From assembly GCA_030248215.1 (NCBI GenBank), contig JASANG010000440.1, forward strand, positions 434,001 through 498,000: a DNA stretch of 64,000 bases, read 5' to 3'. The position numbers and the translations under genes were made by a program. Shown one piece after another: positions 63,482 to 64,000 of this stretch. This stretch comes from Enoplolaimus lenunculus (Eukaryota). How positions within the stretch are numbered: position 1 is the first letter of the stretch; the number at the start of each line of letters is the position of its first letter. Below the pieces are notes generated by a model. That model searched no databases. It saw only the letters and a list, made by a program, of their open reading frames with translations, and was not told where the DNA came from.

Positions 63482-64000
63482 GGCTCATGTATAGAACAGT
63501 GCCGGAACAATAGTATAAGTACTTATATTTCTAAGCCTACAGTAGTGACCCGAATAAGAGGGGGACTGATATTTATTTGGCCTCTACAGAGGGTACCCAC
63601 CCTTGTTATCCGGTTACGGACTGCTATTTATTTTTAACCCACGCTCCGCCGCCCTTCGTTACAGATATATATATCCGGTACTGCAATTATCCGTTGAATT
63701 AAACGTTTATTTGTCGTGTGTCAATAGCTTGAGCGATAATTCAAGGATATGCTTAGGAATGTAGTTTCAAAATTTAAGTACACTTTAAAGTTTCAAACTC
63801 AAATTATTTCGTCCTGGAGTCATTTATGCGCTACAATTGGGTTAAGTGAAATTTATGGACTCTAATTAGGGTTTAGGGACTCTATCCGCTTACGGACTCT
63901 TATTAGCGATACGGACTCCTATTGATTCGAACTCAAAATGGGGACCCCCTCTTGTTACCCCCTCTTAGTCTGGTCAATAGCCTAAGCCTAAGCCTAAATC
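63482..64000 (-). mobile_element. TTAGGC MITE interrupted by a CAGTAGTGACCCGAATAAG-type element (~63540-63980); runs off the right edge
   Basis: Left TIR GGCTCATGTATAGAACAG; the insert begins at CTAAGCC-TA; GCCTAA repeats resume at about 63980. Confidence 0.7.

Overview
AT-rich, intron-containing animal (invertebrate) genomic DNA, not prokaryotic. Abundant TTAGGC/GCCTAA repeats, the nematode-type telomere hexamer, hint at a nematode, but taxonomy cannot be proven from sequence alone. Six spliced protein-coding genes were reconstructed by hand with GT-AG junctions in consistent phase: the 5' part of a RasGRP-family GEF (minus, runs off the left edge), an SLC35D3-like nucleotide-sugar transporter (minus), a TMEM68-family acyltransferase (minus), cysteine desulfurase NFS1 (plus), cyclin K (plus) and an unidentified Asn-rich low-complexity protein (minus). 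Introns and intergenic DNA are dense with small non-autonomous DNA transposons, tandem duplications and microsatellites. The most striking structure is a MITE family with about 16 full or partial copies here. It has GG-starting terminal inverted repeats, 8-bp target-site duplications and an interior of variable-length TTAGGC arrays broken by conserved spacers. It occurs as two TIR subfamilies, a nested copy, a chimeric copy, a 68-bp repeat-less minimal copy and a tandemly amplified end. No autonomous transposase was recognised in the window.
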